A stretch of DNA of 63,999 nt, counting the filler, from Barthelona sp. PAP020 (Eukaryota): assembly GCA_040182905.1 (NCBI GenBank). It is 8 parts of 8 records of this genome, joined end to end, with 100 filler letters (N's around TTAATTAATTAA, not from the genome) between each part and the next. Parts side by side here need not be neighbours in the genome. Positions count along the whole stretch, not along the records: positions 8,336 to 16,476 come from JARQWU010000464.1; positions 16,577 to 24,692 come from JARQWU010000465.1; 6 more parts are not named here. One strand, given 5' to 3'. A program made the translations under genes and the position numbers. Below are positions 10,823 through 22,510 of the stretch, one piece after another; within the stretch, counting starts at the first letter, position 1, and each line of letters opens with the position of its first letter. The notes under the pieces were generated by a model. That model did not search any database. It was given only the letters and a program-made list of their open reading frames with translations, and was not told where the DNA came from.

Positions 10823-11462
10823 TTGGGATTGTGTTTCAAACTAATCAGAGAAAAAAAAAGAAAAAAAAAGTAAATTTTGCTTTCAAGAAAATTTCCATTT
10901 AAAAAAGGCTCATCTGCCAAAAATATTACGTAAGGAACTTTTGAACATCAAAAGTTGACAATTTCAGGAATAAATATTTCTCAATTAATTTTTTCGTCTT
11001 TAACATTTTTCATTTGCTTTTATCTATAAATTTTGTTGAAAAAATACCTCCGAATTGAAAGATCCAAACATTTTTAATAGAAGGTATTAAAAACACAACT
11101 TGCAATCTAGAGAACCATTTCTGAGAAAAAGATGACACCAATTTGAAAGATAAGTTCAACAGAAACTTTATTCATATTTTTTAAGCACAAAAATATTACA
11201 TCTAAAGAATAACAGAGAAATATATATAAAAGATCGTTTATTAGAAAAGGAAATCCCAAAAAAAAAACATTACCTTTTTGTGTTAATAAACAATATGCCA
11301 AACAAGAAAAAATAATCAGAAGTAAAAGGAAAAATTGATTTCGAGCATTTGAATGTGGACTTTCTTTCATTTTTATTTTTAAATTTAAAATTTTTTTTGG
11401 ATCGAAATTGTACATATATATCTTTGTTAATAGTTTATTAAGAATATCAAAAAAAAAATAGA

Positions 11463-12231
11463 ATGAATGAGAATTCAAATGATTTGGCTTCTTTGGAAAC
11501 ATTACCAGATGAAGAAAACGTAAGTTTTTGACATTCCGTTAAGCTAATATTTATAGTTATCTCCAATTATAGCGGACAAAGTTTCGAAACCCTCTCCTTA
11601 TTCCACAAATTCAAAAACCTTATTAAATGATTTGCCACAAATGGCATTTCCCTTTAATTTCCCCTCTCCATACACTTCCTTTTTGAGTCCAAGACGAAAC
11701 AATGGTTTACCACCAATTTTAAGAAGGTCTGCGGAAACTTTTTCAACTCCCTTGAATAACATTACAATACAATCTGAAATTAAAACTGCACCTGCAAAAG
11801 TTTCAAGACCTTTGGATTTTGATATTATTTCAGATTCTGATTCAGCAGATAACAATTTAGATTTGTTGGCAAGACTTGCTGATGAAAATGCAAAGAATGT
11901 CATGATAAATGGCGATGAAAATTTTAAAGAAGGTGATGAAATGCATGTTGCAATATGTAGTCAATGCAAAAAATTATCTAAAAGTGTCATTTGTGATAAA
12001 TGCATCGAACATGAACCTTTAACTTCTTCAAAAATTTTAGACCATTGTAATAACATAATGGAAGAATTGTATACCACCATGGATCAAAATTCAAATGACA
12101 CTTCTCATGTTATTGATTTTGATGAAACAAATGAAGAAATTAAGAATGAAAATAATTTTCACAATAATTTGTACCCTTTTACAGTAATTCATCAAGAGAT
12201 TTTACAAATTCAACAATTATTGGTTGTTTGA
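11463..12231 (+). CDS. Hypothetical protein, two exons (11463-11519, 11557-12231), with a CxxC-x7-CxxC motif
   Basis: Removing the 37-nt GTAAGT...GCTAATATTTATAG intron joins MNENSNDLASLETLPDEEN in frame to LSPIIADK...; S/T-P rich. Confidence 0.7.
11520..11556 (+). other. Spliceosomal intron, 37 nt
   Basis: GTAAGT donor, CTAAT branch motif, TAG acceptor; removal restores the frame. Confidence 0.75.
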
Positions 12232-12516
12232 TTGTGTTTAAATTTTATAAATATTCACAAAAAAAAAAAAAATCATTTTGCTTTCGTTTTGTTTTTACAT
12301 TGAATCTTATCTGTTAAATCTCACAAATTTTAACCTGATTTGAAAATTTGAACAATATACATGTTTTCATGGGAAATAAGTGGAATGAAGGAGCCAGGAA
12401 AGAAGAATTTCTTTTCTTAAAAATTCTTTTTGAAGACATTTTTCATTTCTTTTTGATAAAACTGGTTCGATGTAAATAAAAACAACCAGCTAAACAAAAA
12501 ATATTCACAAAAAAAT

Positions 12517-15500
12517 TTATTGCAAAAAAGTAATACTATCATCATCTTGCTGAATTGGGTCATATTGATAGAAATCGTCTGTAGAATTGATATAATTCTC
12601 ATTTGAAAGAATAAAATTTCCTTTATTCTCAATATCAATCCATTCATCTGATTCATCTGTCTTCTTTTTGCAAAGATAAAAAATAAAAAATAATATCAAC
12701 ATAAATGCAACAAAAACTGCTCCAAATATGAAAATATTTTCCAAAAGTGTTCTAGTATTTCTTACTGATGTACTAACAGGACAATGTGCATCAATATGAT
12801 TAAAATTTTGACCAAATTTACAAAAATATTTGAAATTTTTGTCATCCAAAGTTTCATTAAAAATATAGTGATCGTCAAAAGTTTTAAAAGAGGATCTCTC
12901 ATTGATTAATTGAATTTTAACAGTGGTAAGATTGTTAGAATAAAAGAATAACCAAATAAAATCAGTTTCATCAAAAACACTGAATTGTGGATCAATCAAA
13001 AAATTAACACATTGATTTTCTTTCAAATATGTTGTATCTTGAATGAATAAATTTTCTAAATCTTCAAAACGTTTTTTTAGTTTGATAAATACTGTTATTG
13101 GTTCTTTATTACCATCAACAACAATAAAAGAATCAAGATTACATATGGATATCATCCAATAATGATTTTTATTTTCAGCAAGATATAGTTTTGAACTAAC
13201 AGATTCTGTTAAACTAAAAACAGTCAAATTTTTTGTGATATCTTTCTTGTTAACAGTATCACCTTCCAAAACTTTGGAAAAATAATTAGTTTGTCCATCA
13301 AGATCAAAAGAATCATAAAAATTTTTGAAAGGTGAAGGAAAAGTTTCCAAATATATTTTCTTTAAATTTATGTCATCAGAAATCAAAGTTACATTAATAT
13401 TTTTTCCATTATATATCAACCATATTGGATTTAAATGTTGAGAAAATGAATAAATATAATGATTATTTTGTAATATTTTAACAATACATTTGGGTGTAGT
13501 GACATTACTCTTCAAAACAATCTGTAAATTCTGAAAATTTGGATCAGAAAAGTTTGGAGTGTTTAATAATTTTTCTTCATTTGGAATGAATTCGATATAT
13601 TTAAATTCATTATAAGGCAGTAAAAAGGCTGTGTTGTTAAAATAAGAAGAAAAATATTCAACTTCAAAGAAAACATTTTTTGGTAAAATGAATGTCATCA
13701 AATCATAATGTTTTCCAATAAAATTACTTGTTTTAGATACAGTACGTTGTAAAAATATCAATTTAGCTTCAATGGTACTGATATAAGGGGTATAATCAAT
13801 TAATTCAAATGCTTGATAATATTCTGTCAGCTTTTGTGTGTCATTCTTAACATCTATTAAAGAAATGTTGGTAGGACTGATTTCCATACTAAAAGTCGCA
13901 AATGTATCACAACTATCTTCGACACTAATGTTCTTTTTCCCATTTTTGACATATATTCCTTGACTGTCAAGCGATATCTTTAATTCTTCAAAATTCATCA
14001 AACATAAATTCAACACATTTTTAAAAATAATGTGATATACCATATTCTGTTCAAAAAATAACTGTTTTTGATTATCATCTTTGTTGATACTGAATAAAAT
14101 TGTTTTTTTTTCATTGAATCCTTCCTTCTCAAGAAAAGTGTCAATTGAAGGTAAAACAACAAATTGATATTTTTCATTTGTCTTGAAATATTGTTCTTCA
14201 ATCTTTAAAATAATAAAAATATCTCCCTTCAGTTCGGGTAAAGGATTAAGATTGATTCTGGAATATCTTAAACTATTTGCAGTTAAAGAATACATTGAAA
14301 CATGATTTGCCGCAGGATTTGCATAATAATTGAAACTTTTTAAAGGATTCAATTTGATAAATATGCTATTTAATAAATATATGGTATTTTTACATTTAGA
14401 ATAGAAACTATCAATAAACATTTCATAAACGTTATTTAAAGTTGTTGTTGTTGCTTGTCTTTGATTTAAATTAATATATTCTAACTTTTTTGAGTCAATT
14501 ATGTTAAAACTATGAAATTCAAACAAAGAATTAACATTTGTTTCGTTTAGACAATAATCAACTTCATTTAAATAACATCTTACAGCTGTTAGGATTTTTC
14601 TACTAAACGGTACAACCATTTGTCCAGTTAAATCATCCTTCACATATTCAGAATTCCCTGGTTGTACAAATACTCTGGTAATAATGCTATTTGAAGGAAT
14701 TTCTATCACTTCATTATCTCTTAAAATGAAACTAAACTTTTTACCTTCCAAAAATTTATAATAAATGATTCCATCCTTATCAATCAAAGTAATGCTATGA
14801 TCATCTCCTTTTTCATACCAATCATCAACAAACAAAGTAATATCAAGCATAGTTTTCGAAATTAAATGATAATCAAAAGTCTTGTTTAAAACAAAAATCT
14901 CTTTAAATGTTCCATCCAAATATTTGACAACTATTGAATTGTACATTTCATAATCACTAACAAAACTAGATAGATCAGTTAATAAACCATCAAATCCACT
15001 GCAACTATCATTAATAATAATACCACCAGGACAATAAGTCTTTAAATCAGGTAGAACATAACTACTGTCCAAATCATAAAAATGTAACTGAATATTTTTA
15101 ATAACGCCTTTACTGAACGTAAGACGATACAACCCTTGACTCAACCGAATAGGTATAATTTCCCGTTTTTCACCACTCTTTCCAACATAATCAAAAATAT
15201 GTCTGAAACATGTAAATCCCTCGCTCTCAACAACACTACTTTTTGAACATCCCACTTGAATTAATTGAAAGGTTAAACAAACAATATCACTGTCAACAGT
15301 AATAGATAGAATTTTTTCAACATAATCACTGACCTTTATATATATTGAAGTGGGTGAAACTGTAGATAAATCAAGCATGGCATAACTATCTGCATCACCA
15401 AACGAATCGTCATCATATAATCTTTTAGCCTTGGTCTCTGAGAAAAATAAATCTTTATTAATTAAATTGGTTGTTACTCTAATCCCTTTGCATGGTGTTT

Positions 15501-16476
15501 TAGAAGTTATTGCAATAAAAGGCAAGGCAGTACTGAACGCAATAGCAAAATTAGTTCTACGAATACTTCCTGCTAAGGTTATATCACAAGTTTCAGGAAA
15601 TACCATTAGCAATGAAGCACATTTCATAGCTTTTGTTCCTTTATCAATATCACAGTACTTAAACATTGTTTGACTTGATGTCATCAATTTTTGGACATAA
15701 GGAAATGTCTCCTTTTCATCAATATAAAAACTCTTTTGCTGTAAATCATCCAGTGAATTTATCATATGCCAAGGTAGATTTTCCAATTCTTCTTCTTCAT
15801 CATTCAAACGAGTTAAAGACCAATAAGAAACCTCTGTCAAATAACCATATGAAAGAAAAGACAAATGTCTGGGTTGAGAAGACAATAATAGTATGATTGT
15901 GGAATCAGGTAACTGTAAAATAGCTTTATTACTGATATTTACCATCATTTGAATATCTTCAGACATCAATGGAAATTCCTCAAGAGCACCAAATGCAGAA
16001 ATAGTCAAAAAAGCATCAAAATTTTGTTTCGGCATGAAAAATTCACTCCATTTGTTGGGAATATCAAACCATGAACCCAAATAGGTTGATTGTGAATCCA
16101 TGTAATCAATTTGATTGGCAATACCAACATAAAATGTGGCTTCAAAGGAAGAAGCATGTTCATCCAGAGGATCAATAGTGAATTCCACATGGAAGGGTAA
16201 AGTAACATCCAATTTCGATTTTCCAAACAACTTCATTTGTTGACACCCTTCAGCACTGGTAATTACAATTGTACCCATTCTATAAGCACTGAAAAATATA
16301 GACACATTTCTTTGATCACTATATAATCCAGGAACGGCAAATTGAATGTATTTTGTGACTTTATCTTCAACAATTTTAAAAATTCGTTGTAATGTCATCA
16401 TACTCAAAGAAGTTTGATCTGTTACATCAACAACATCACAAGGATCAAGACCAAGACTGTTATCAATATTATCGAT
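12517..16476 (-). CDS. Large type I membrane protein of unknown function (5'-truncated at contig end)
   Basis: Frame open to the contig edge (over 1300 aa); one C-terminal TM helix (IFIFGAVFVAFMLILFFIFYLC), then KKK and a short acidic tail. Confidence 0.8.
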   Translation of the reverse strand: MDNIDNSLGLDPCDVVDVTDQTSLSMMTLQRIFKIVEDKVTKYIQFAVPGLYSDQRNVSIFFSAYRMGTIVITSAEGCQQMKLFGKSKLDVTLPFHVEFTIDPLDEHASSFEATFYVGIANQIDYMDSQSTYLGSWFDIPNKWSEFFMPKQNFDAFLTISAFGALEEFPLMSEDIQMMVNISNKAILQLPDSTIILLLSSQPRHLSFLSYGYLTEVSYWSLTRLNDEEEELENLPWHMINSLDDLQQKSFYIDEKETFPYVQKLMTSSQTMFKYCDIDKGTKAMKCASLLMVFPETCDITLAGSIRRTNFAIAFSTALPFIAITSKTPCKGIRVTTNLINKDLFFSETKAKRLYDDDSFGDADSYAMLDLSTVSPTSIYIKVSDYVEKILSITVDSDIVCLTFQLIQVGCSKSSVVESEGFTCFRHIFDYVGKSGEKREIIPIRLSQGLYRLTFSKGVIKNIQLHFYDLDSSYVLPDLKTYCPGGIIINDSCSGFDGLLTDLSSFVSDYEMYNSIVVKYLDGTFKEIFVLNKTFDYHLISKTMLDITLFVDDWYEKGDDHSITLIDKDGIIYYKFLEGKKFSFILRDNEVIEIPSNSIITRVFVQPGNSEYVKDDLTGQMVVPFSRKILTAVRCYLNEVDYCLNETNVNSLFEFHSFNIIDSKKLEYINLNQRQATTTTLNNVYEMFIDSFYSKCKNTIYLLNSIFIKLNPLKSFNYYANPAANHVSMYSLTANSLRYSRINLNPLPELKGDIFIILKIEEQYFKTNEKYQFVVLPSIDTFLEKEGFNEKKTILFSINKDDNQKQLFFEQNMVYHIIFKNVLNLCLMNFEELKISLDSQGIYVKNGKKNISVEDSCDTFATFSMEISPTNISLIDVKNDTQKLTEYYQAFELIDYTPYISTIEAKLIFLQRTVSKTSNFIGKHYDLMTFILPKNVFFEVEYFSSYFNNTAFLLPYNEFKYIEFIPNEEKLLNTPNFSDPNFQNLQIVLKSNVTTPKCIVKILQNNHYIYSFSQHLNPIWLIYNGKNINVTLISDDINLKKIYLETFPSPFKNFYDSFDLDGQTNYFSKVLEGDTVNKKDITKNLTVFSLTESVSSKLYLAENKNHYWMISICNLDSFIVVDGNKEPITVFIKLKKRFEDLENLFIQDTTYLKENQCVNFLIDPQFSVFDETDFIWLFFYSNNLTTVKIQLINERSSFKTFDDHYIFNETLDDKNFKYFCKFGQNFNHIDAHCPVSTSVRNTRTLLENIFIFGAVFVAFMLILFFIFYLCKKKTDESDEWIDIENKGNFILSNENYINSTDDFYQYDPIQQDDDSITFLQ

Positions 16477-16576
16477 NNNNNNNNNNNNNNNNNNNNNNNN
16501 NNNNNNNNNNNNNNNNNNNNTTAATTAATTAANNNNNNNNNNNNNNNNNNNNNNNNNNNNNNNNNNNNNNNNNNNN
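16477..16576. other. Artificial contig spacer
   Basis: N44-TTAATTAATTAA-N44. Confidence 0.99.
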
Positions 16577-16822
16577 CCAGTTCTAACAGGTTGTGAGTCC
16601 AGTGGCTTTCCACTTATGATATCAATTATGTTATTATCTTGGATCATTCAACAGAAAAAAAAATTTTAAATTCTTTAAAAATCAAGTTTTTTTTGATGTT
16701 TTGTCCTTTAAATTTTTAATTGTGAATAAAAAACTTGCTTATACTTTTTCATTTGGATAGCAGGTTAAAAAAATAAAACAAACAAATATTTATACAACAA
16801 AATGAAAACTCAGCTCATTGAG

Positions 16823-18808
16823 CTATTCAAGATTTGATTCATTATCTTCATTATGATCATTTATGGTATTATTTGCATCTGTTGGAATGATGATTTGACG
16901 ATTTTGACTTGGATTTGGGGTAGTTGCTCTAATATCTGTTAACAACTCAAAAGATATATTTTCCAATTTATTCTCAAATTGACTTAAAACTTGGTCAATA
17001 TATTGAGTCATTTCAGCACCTCCATAAAGATCTGATCTTAAACTTTGAGATTGTTCAATCATATCATTGAGCTTCTGAGCTTGTTTTTTGTTTTTCAAAG
17101 AATTGACCAAAGATTGAATATTATTTTGGATAACATTGGGATCAGCATTGATAGATTGTTTACTGATTGAAATGTCATTGCTAATTGTGTTTTCGAGCAT
17201 TTCTTTAGAACTTTCAGACAGTTCTTTATATTTGGTATCGTATTCATTTATTTCATCTGTTAAAAATGGTAAATATTTCATGTAATAATCACGTTTTCTA
17301 CTATTCTTTTCCAAATCCAACTTTGCACTATGGTATGCATCTTCCATAATAACGACAAAAATATTTAAAACTGCATAAATCAACAAAGCACCGTAGGCTG
17401 TCAAAAACAATCTGGAAAACAAGGGTGAACCAGCGTAAATTTCACGATAAATATCAAGCATTTGATCACCATTACTGAAAGAGAACAAAGTGACTGAAGT
17501 TTGAGCAAAGTCACCAAACCATCTAGGTGATGTAGGACCAAAATATAATGTTCCTAAAGCACAAAATCCCAAATAAATTGGGAATATACTCAATAAAAAT
17601 TTCATAACGATTGGCAAACCAATTCTTAGACTTGCAATCATAATGTAATACGAAGACGAAAATTCCAAATACCTAGTGAGATTAAATGAACCCAATAATG
17701 CGGCCAATCCAATAATTTGAGCAACAAACAATCGATTTACTGGAACCCCAATAATAATTAACAAATCCATACATGCACCAATTGCTGAAATAACATTAGC
17801 AAGAATATTAACAATAAACCACATATTAAAAAATTCTGATTTTTCACTAACACTAAACTGATATTCATAATCCTTGATAAAATCATATTTGACCAATAAA
17901 TCCCTTCTCTTGTTCACTCTATTCATTAACGAATTTGCTGCAATTACTGCTTTAAATGATAGAGCTAAGGAACACACGTTACAAATTAGCAATAAGAAAT
18001 CATATAAAAATCTGTTCATGAAGTAAATAAATCCATGCCAAATACTTTGAGGGTTAACTAAAGAAGCAACTCCTTCAAAGGAAAATCCAATACTCCCTTC
18101 ATAGCCTAAAATTTCAAACAGTCCAAGAAAATCCCAATTATAACGTATTGCTCCATGATCAGTTAAATCAAAAGCCCATATTTGTAATTTTAATTCAAAT
18201 CTGTCACTATAAGTTGTTATCAAACGATTCCAAACACCATTTGTTTCAGAAATTGGTCCAGTAGTATTGCTTTGAGTCAAATTATAGCATTGTTTCTGAA
18301 AAACTTCTTCCAATTCTTTTGGAATCTTAATTGTCGGATCAGGATATAAACATAATTGAGGTGAAACAATATCACACCCTTCTTTTTCTAATTCTTTTTT
18401 TGATCGATAAGCAAATTTATTTGTATCACTATTATGACAATCCCATTGTTGTTGAAAAATAGTCAAGGCTTGTTCATTGAATTCATAATATTCTTTCACC
18501 GAATTATCAATAAGAGTATGTACATAGCCTAAAGTTGTCAAATCAATAATACCCGTAGCTTCATCTGCTCTATCCATAACTTCTTCCGGAATTAAAAAAT
18601 TCTTTATGACTCTTTCAGTTCTGGAAATGTAAATATTAAAGTCGTTAAAAGGTCCAGTAATTAATAAATATGTGAAAATCACAATAAGTGAATGAAAAAC
18701 CAATTTCCATGGAAATCTTCCATACATAAAAAATTTTTCAAAAGGACTTAAAGAAATACGATCCATGTCAGACATCTTCGGTGGATTTGTTATATTCTCA
18801 AGAATCAT
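16823..18808 (-). CDS. Mucolipin (TRPML) cation channel
   Basis: LSPFEKF...GRFPWKL N-terminal motif, large loop after TM1, pore helix/filter SVTLFSFSNGDQM, S6 LLIYAVLNIFVVIMEDAY. Confidence 0.9.
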   Translation of the reverse strand: MILENITNPPKMSDMDRISLSPFEKFFMYGRFPWKLVFHSLIVIFTYLLITGPFNDFNIYISRTERVIKNFLIPEEVMDRADEATGIIDLTTLGYVHTLIDNSVKEYYEFNEQALTIFQQQWDCHNSDTNKFAYRSKKELEKEGCDIVSPQLCLYPDPTIKIPKELEEVFQKQCYNLTQSNTTGPISETNGVWNRLITTYSDRFELKLQIWAFDLTDHGAIRYNWDFLGLFEILGYEGSIGFSFEGVASLVNPQSIWHGFIYFMNRFLYDFLLLICNVCSLALSFKAVIAANSLMNRVNKRRDLLVKYDFIKDYEYQFSVSEKSEFFNMWFIVNILANVISAIGACMDLLIIIGVPVNRLFVAQIIGLAALLGSFNLTRYLEFSSSYYIMIASLRIGLPIVMKFLLSIFPIYLGFCALGTLYFGPTSPRWFGDFAQTSVTLFSFSNGDQMLDIYREIYAGSPLFSRLFLTAYGALLIYAVLNIFVVIMEDAYHSAKLDLEKNSRKRDYYMKYLPFLTDEINEYDTKYKELSESSKEMLENTISNDISISKQSINADPNVIQNNIQSLVNSLKNKKQAQKLNDMIEQSQSLRSDLYGGAEMTQYIDQVLSQFENKLENISFELLTDIRATTPNPSQNRQIIIPTDANNTINDHNEDNESNLE

Positions 18809-19480
18809 TTTTTTGTATGTTAAAGTAAAGGAAGAACAAAAATCAAACAAGATTGGACGCTTTGATTGTTAACGAAAAATGTCTTTTTTTTTTTTATTGA
18901 TATAATTATTTGAAACAATCAATTTGCAATTGGCTTATTCAAAAGTATATTGATAAGTTTTATTTTTTTTTTTTGATTTTCTTTGTTTCTCACAAAATAT
19001 TCAAAAAAATATACAAAACAAAATAAAGCAAACTTTTAAAAGAAAATTTAATTGCAAGAAAGAAACACACAATCGTTTTGAAAGAAAAAAAAAATGTGAC
19101 AGATGTCTTCCTTTTATCATTTCATGACTTAAAATAGATTCTGATAACCAATGCATCCCAAAAATAAAGAGACTTTGAAAGAATTTTCAGCAAAAAACCA
19201 CAACAAAAAAACCAAATTTAAAAATCCTTATTTATCTCATTTGTGCGAGAGTTTGTCCTTAATTATTACTGAATCAAAAAGTTTTCAAAAAAGTGAAAAA
19301 ACTACGTTCAATATTTTTTCATTTCTTCAATTGATACATAATCACCAATGTTTCAAGAAATTTGAGAAGACAAAACTGATAGAAAACATTTTTGAAAAAA
19401 GAAATAATATTTTGGACCAGTTTCCCTTGAAAAAGAAAACAATGAAGAACCTTAAAAAACATCATCACAAATAAAACAAA

Positions 19481-21253
19481 CTATTTAATAAGTTCAAGCA
19501 CTTGTTTGGCTGCTACTGGATCTAATTGCTCAATTGATCGTGCAAATGACTTAATAAAGATAGGATTTTTGACTTTTACACATAAACGATAACCATTAAC
19601 ATAATCCTGATTGATGATAAGCCTTTGCAAAAACAAACACAATAACCTTGATTGTATTTGCTTGGAAATTCCATTGTTAACGCTATTGTTCATTTCAAAA
19701 ATATGCAATATGGCATTGATTGTTTTATTATACTCTTTGTCATGTATCTCCAGGTAAATAAATTTTGAAACATAATAGTCCAGCAAAATGTCGTAAGGAA
19801 ACTCATTCTTAAGTTTACTAACAATAAAACAATACTGTTGTAATTCATTGATATAACTACGTGATAAACGATATCTATTGTAGGTATCAATATTTAACTC
19901 ATGTTGATAAATTCCCAAATCACATCTCAAATTGATAAGATGATTATTTTCAAGAATAATTAAAATATTTTCGCAGTTAGAACAAACATCATTCTGTACA
20001 TTGTTGCTTGAACACAATATTTTTGAGATTTTATGAGATTTTCCAACAATTCTTGCAATATTTACGTGGGTACATGTTTTTGTATCGAATTCCAAATGTA
20101 ATCTTAATAATTGCAAACTAATATCCAATAACAGAACATTACCATTGTTTGTTCCAACAAAAAACCACATATTTGTACTGTGAAATTGAATTTGAGTGGC
20201 ATATTCATTGTTAATTGAATTCTTTTCCTTTGAATTTTCATCAATATTTTCTTTTTTTGGTTGCATAGCAAATAATTGGCGTTCTACTAATCTAAATGGT
20301 TGATCCTTTACACTCCAAATAATAAATCCACCATCTTCGAAAGAAATAGCAAGTAGATTGAAATCCCAACTAAATTCACATACAATAGGCTTACTAACAA
20401 TAGAAAATTGAAATACAGGAATTCTAGCTCGTTCATTACCTTCAAAGAGTAATTTATAGCAAACAACTATTTTACTATTCATATTATACTCAACAATGTA
20501 AAACCCATTTGAATTATAATCAGCAGTTATATTCAACATTATAAATCCAACTCCAAAAACATCAAAAGTTTCCAAAACTTGTGTTGGCTCATGTTTCTCA
20601 AGTGTTTCTTCTTTATTAGGGCCAATAAAAACAGTAAAATAAATATTTTCATCAGAACTAAATAAAACTACATCATTATTCTTATTTAAATGTAATTTAT
20701 TAAACGTTGAAGTTAAAGGATATTTACGATTTTCAATACCCTTCATTATATATAATTGCGCTCCTTCAATTATACCACCCAATGCAAAAACACCTTCAGA
20801 TGGTGAAATATCAACAGCTTCAAGCTTAAAATTTAATCCAGGGGGTACAAGATGATCTATTCTTACTTGCGTTGGGTCAGAATGTGTTGCACTCAATTCA
20901 ATAGAGACAAAAGTGCCTGAATCAAAAAATAGTTGAAAAATATCATTTCCTCCCCAATTTGCATACATTATTTTTTCTTCAATCAATCTTTTCTCAATTT
21001 TTTTGAATCTTTCTAATAGTAAATCATCTCGTCGATTAGGTAAACCTAATTTTTGTCCTCTTTTTGACAAGTAAGTACGAAAATACTCATTATATTTCGA
21101 TTTGGTTGTATTCAAATTATTTTTATTGTATCCTTGTGAATAATTTCGATAATGATATTGTGAGTATTCATCGGAAGTGGATAAACTGTTAATCGATACA
21201 TAAAACATTTTTGAGTTTTCATAAAAAATTTTTATAAATGGTTCAAAAAACAT
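19481..21253 (-). CDS. WDPCP: WDPCP/Fritz-like CPLANE ciliogenesis protein
   Basis: LPNRRDD.L...K.IE..L......W....IFQLFFDSG.FVSI.L......VRID parallels Fritz (LKNRRPEKL..SLKELEE...W....CQLLFGSGVLVSL....VVID); LLDISLQ parallels IFDMALS. Start may be 21208. Confidence 0.7.
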   Translation of the reverse strand: MFFEPFIKIFYENSKMFYVSINSLSTSDEYSQYHYRNYSQGYNKNNLNTTKSKYNEYFRTYLSKRGQKLGLPNRRDDLLLERFKKIEKRLIEEKIMYANWGGNDIFQLFFDSGTFVSIELSATHSDPTQVRIDHLVPPGLNFKLEAVDISPSEGVFALGGIIEGAQLYIMKGIENRKYPLTSTFNKLHLNKNNDVVLFSSDENIYFTVFIGPNKEETLEKHEPTQVLETFDVFGVGFIMLNITADYNSNGFYIVEYNMNSKIVVCYKLLFEGNERARIPVFQFSIVSKPIVCEFSWDFNLLAISFEDGGFIIWSVKDQPFRLVERQLFAMQPKKENIDENSKEKNSINNEYATQIQFHSTNMWFFVGTNNGNVLLLDISLQLLRLHLEFDTKTCTHVNIARIVGKSHKISKILCSSNNVQNDVCSNCENILIILENNHLINLRCDLGIYQHELNIDTYNRYRLSRSYINELQQYCFIVSKLKNEFPYDILLDYYVSKFIYLEIHDKEYNKTINAILHIFEMNNSVNNGISKQIQSRLLCLFLQRLIINQDYVNGYRLCVKVKNPIFIKSFARSIEQLDPVAAKQVLELIK

Positions 21254-21397
21254 TGTTTTTATCAGTTTTTTACATATTTGATACCATAATTAAACTCTCA
21301 TATAAAGAATTCAAAAAAAAAAAATCTACTCCTCGTTTTTGTGGTGATGGCAATCCTTTGTTATACTTTTATTTGGCATTAATCTTTAGATTTATTC

Positions 21398-22063
21398 ATG
21401 ACGAAAGGATTACGCTGTATTGACTTGACCAACGACTTTGATTTATCAAATTTGTCTGAAAGTGACGACGAGTTTTTCAAGATAATTGAAGAAGATCCAA
21501 ATTCTAAAGAGCTACAAATCTATTTATTGGAACAATCTAGTAATTTGAAGAATTTATCATTGTTTTCTCATTTGATTGAACAGAAACTTTGGTTTGGTGT
21601 TGCTAAATTGAAACCTATTGTATTAACTGGACCTGTGGTTCATGGATTTGGAAGAGGTTCCCGTTTATTAGGGTTTCCTACGGCTAATATTGATTATGAA
21701 CCAGAAAAAACTTCAGCTGGTGTAGAATTTCTTGCTGATGGTGTATATTTTGGTTATTCCTATTTGAATTTTTCCAATGAAACTTATAAAATGGTGATAT
21801 CAGTTGGAAAAAATCCATCATTTAATAATGAAGAAAAGACTTTTGAGGCACATATTTTGCATGAATTTAAAGAAGATTTTTACGGTGAAATTATTCAGGT
21901 TGCGATTACTCATTATGTTCGACCTCAAATTGCATTTGATTCTTTGGATAAATTGGTTTCTTCCATTAGAAATGATATAAGTCTTGCTGAAGAACACTTA
22001 GTTGATTTAAATTTTGAAAGTCCAGAGGCTTTTACGTGCTCTTTTGATTCTTCTGCAATGTAA
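21398..22063 (+). CDS. RFK: Riboflavin kinase
   Basis: GFGRGSRLLGFPTANI, GVYFG, MVISVGKNPSF, FEAHILHEF..DFYG. Confidence 0.93.
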   Translation: MTKGLRCIDLTNDFDLSNLSESDDEFFKIIEEDPNSKELQIYLLEQSSNLKNLSLFSHLIEQKLWFGVAKLKPIVLTGPVVHGFGRGSRLLGFPTANIDYEPEKTSAGVEFLADGVYFGYSYLNFSNETYKMVISVGKNPSFNNEEKTFEAHILHEFKEDFYGEIIQVAITHYVRPQIAFDSLDKLVSSIRNDISLAEEHLVDLNFESPEAFTCSFDSSAM

Positions 22064-22375
22064 ATATGTATTTTTCTTCTTTTTCGAAACTGAAAAAGTT
22101 TTGAAAATACTGACAGATAGTGTCCTTCTTTTGGCACAAGATTTTGTTAATGTCTATTGTTTTTCATCTATTGTGTTGCTTTTTTGCAAAAAAGAACAAA
22201 TGAAAGGACTTAAATTTAGCAAGAGAATTGCCATATTTCCTGATTTTCTTCATTTTGGCACCTAAAATTTTATTACTTCTGCAAAAATAAAAATGGCATT
22301 TTTCAATTTTCATTTGAGAAAAAAGAAATAGAAATTAAAATGTAAAAAAAAAATAAATAAAGAAAAAAAAAAATT

Positions 22376-22510
22376 TGTTGAATTTGCAAGTTATTTCCAA
22401 GCCAAGAAGCACTGTGCGTATGAGTGAACAAAAAAGAATGGTATTTATTTGGTTATTGGCTTTCGAGGCCCATTGATTTGTTGAAAAACTTTAGATTTTC
22501 TAAGGTAAAG
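22376..22510 (+). repeat. Dispersed degenerate repeat, with an inverted copy at about 41310-41440
   Basis: ttccaagccaagaagcactgtgcgtatgagtgaacaaaaaagaatggtatttatttg aligns without gaps to the reverse complement of about 41363-41419 (ttccaggccatgaggcgctgagtgcatgactgaataagaaagaattgtgtttatttg). Confidence 0.7.

Noticed and set aside
11107..11502. 131-aa minus-strand ORF
   Set aside because: F/L/K/N-rich translation of A/T tracts that overlaps exon 1 of the plus-strand gene.
19151..19474. 107-aa K/N/F-rich ORF
   Set aside because: No motif and composition follows the A-rich DNA; cannot be supported, though not excluded.
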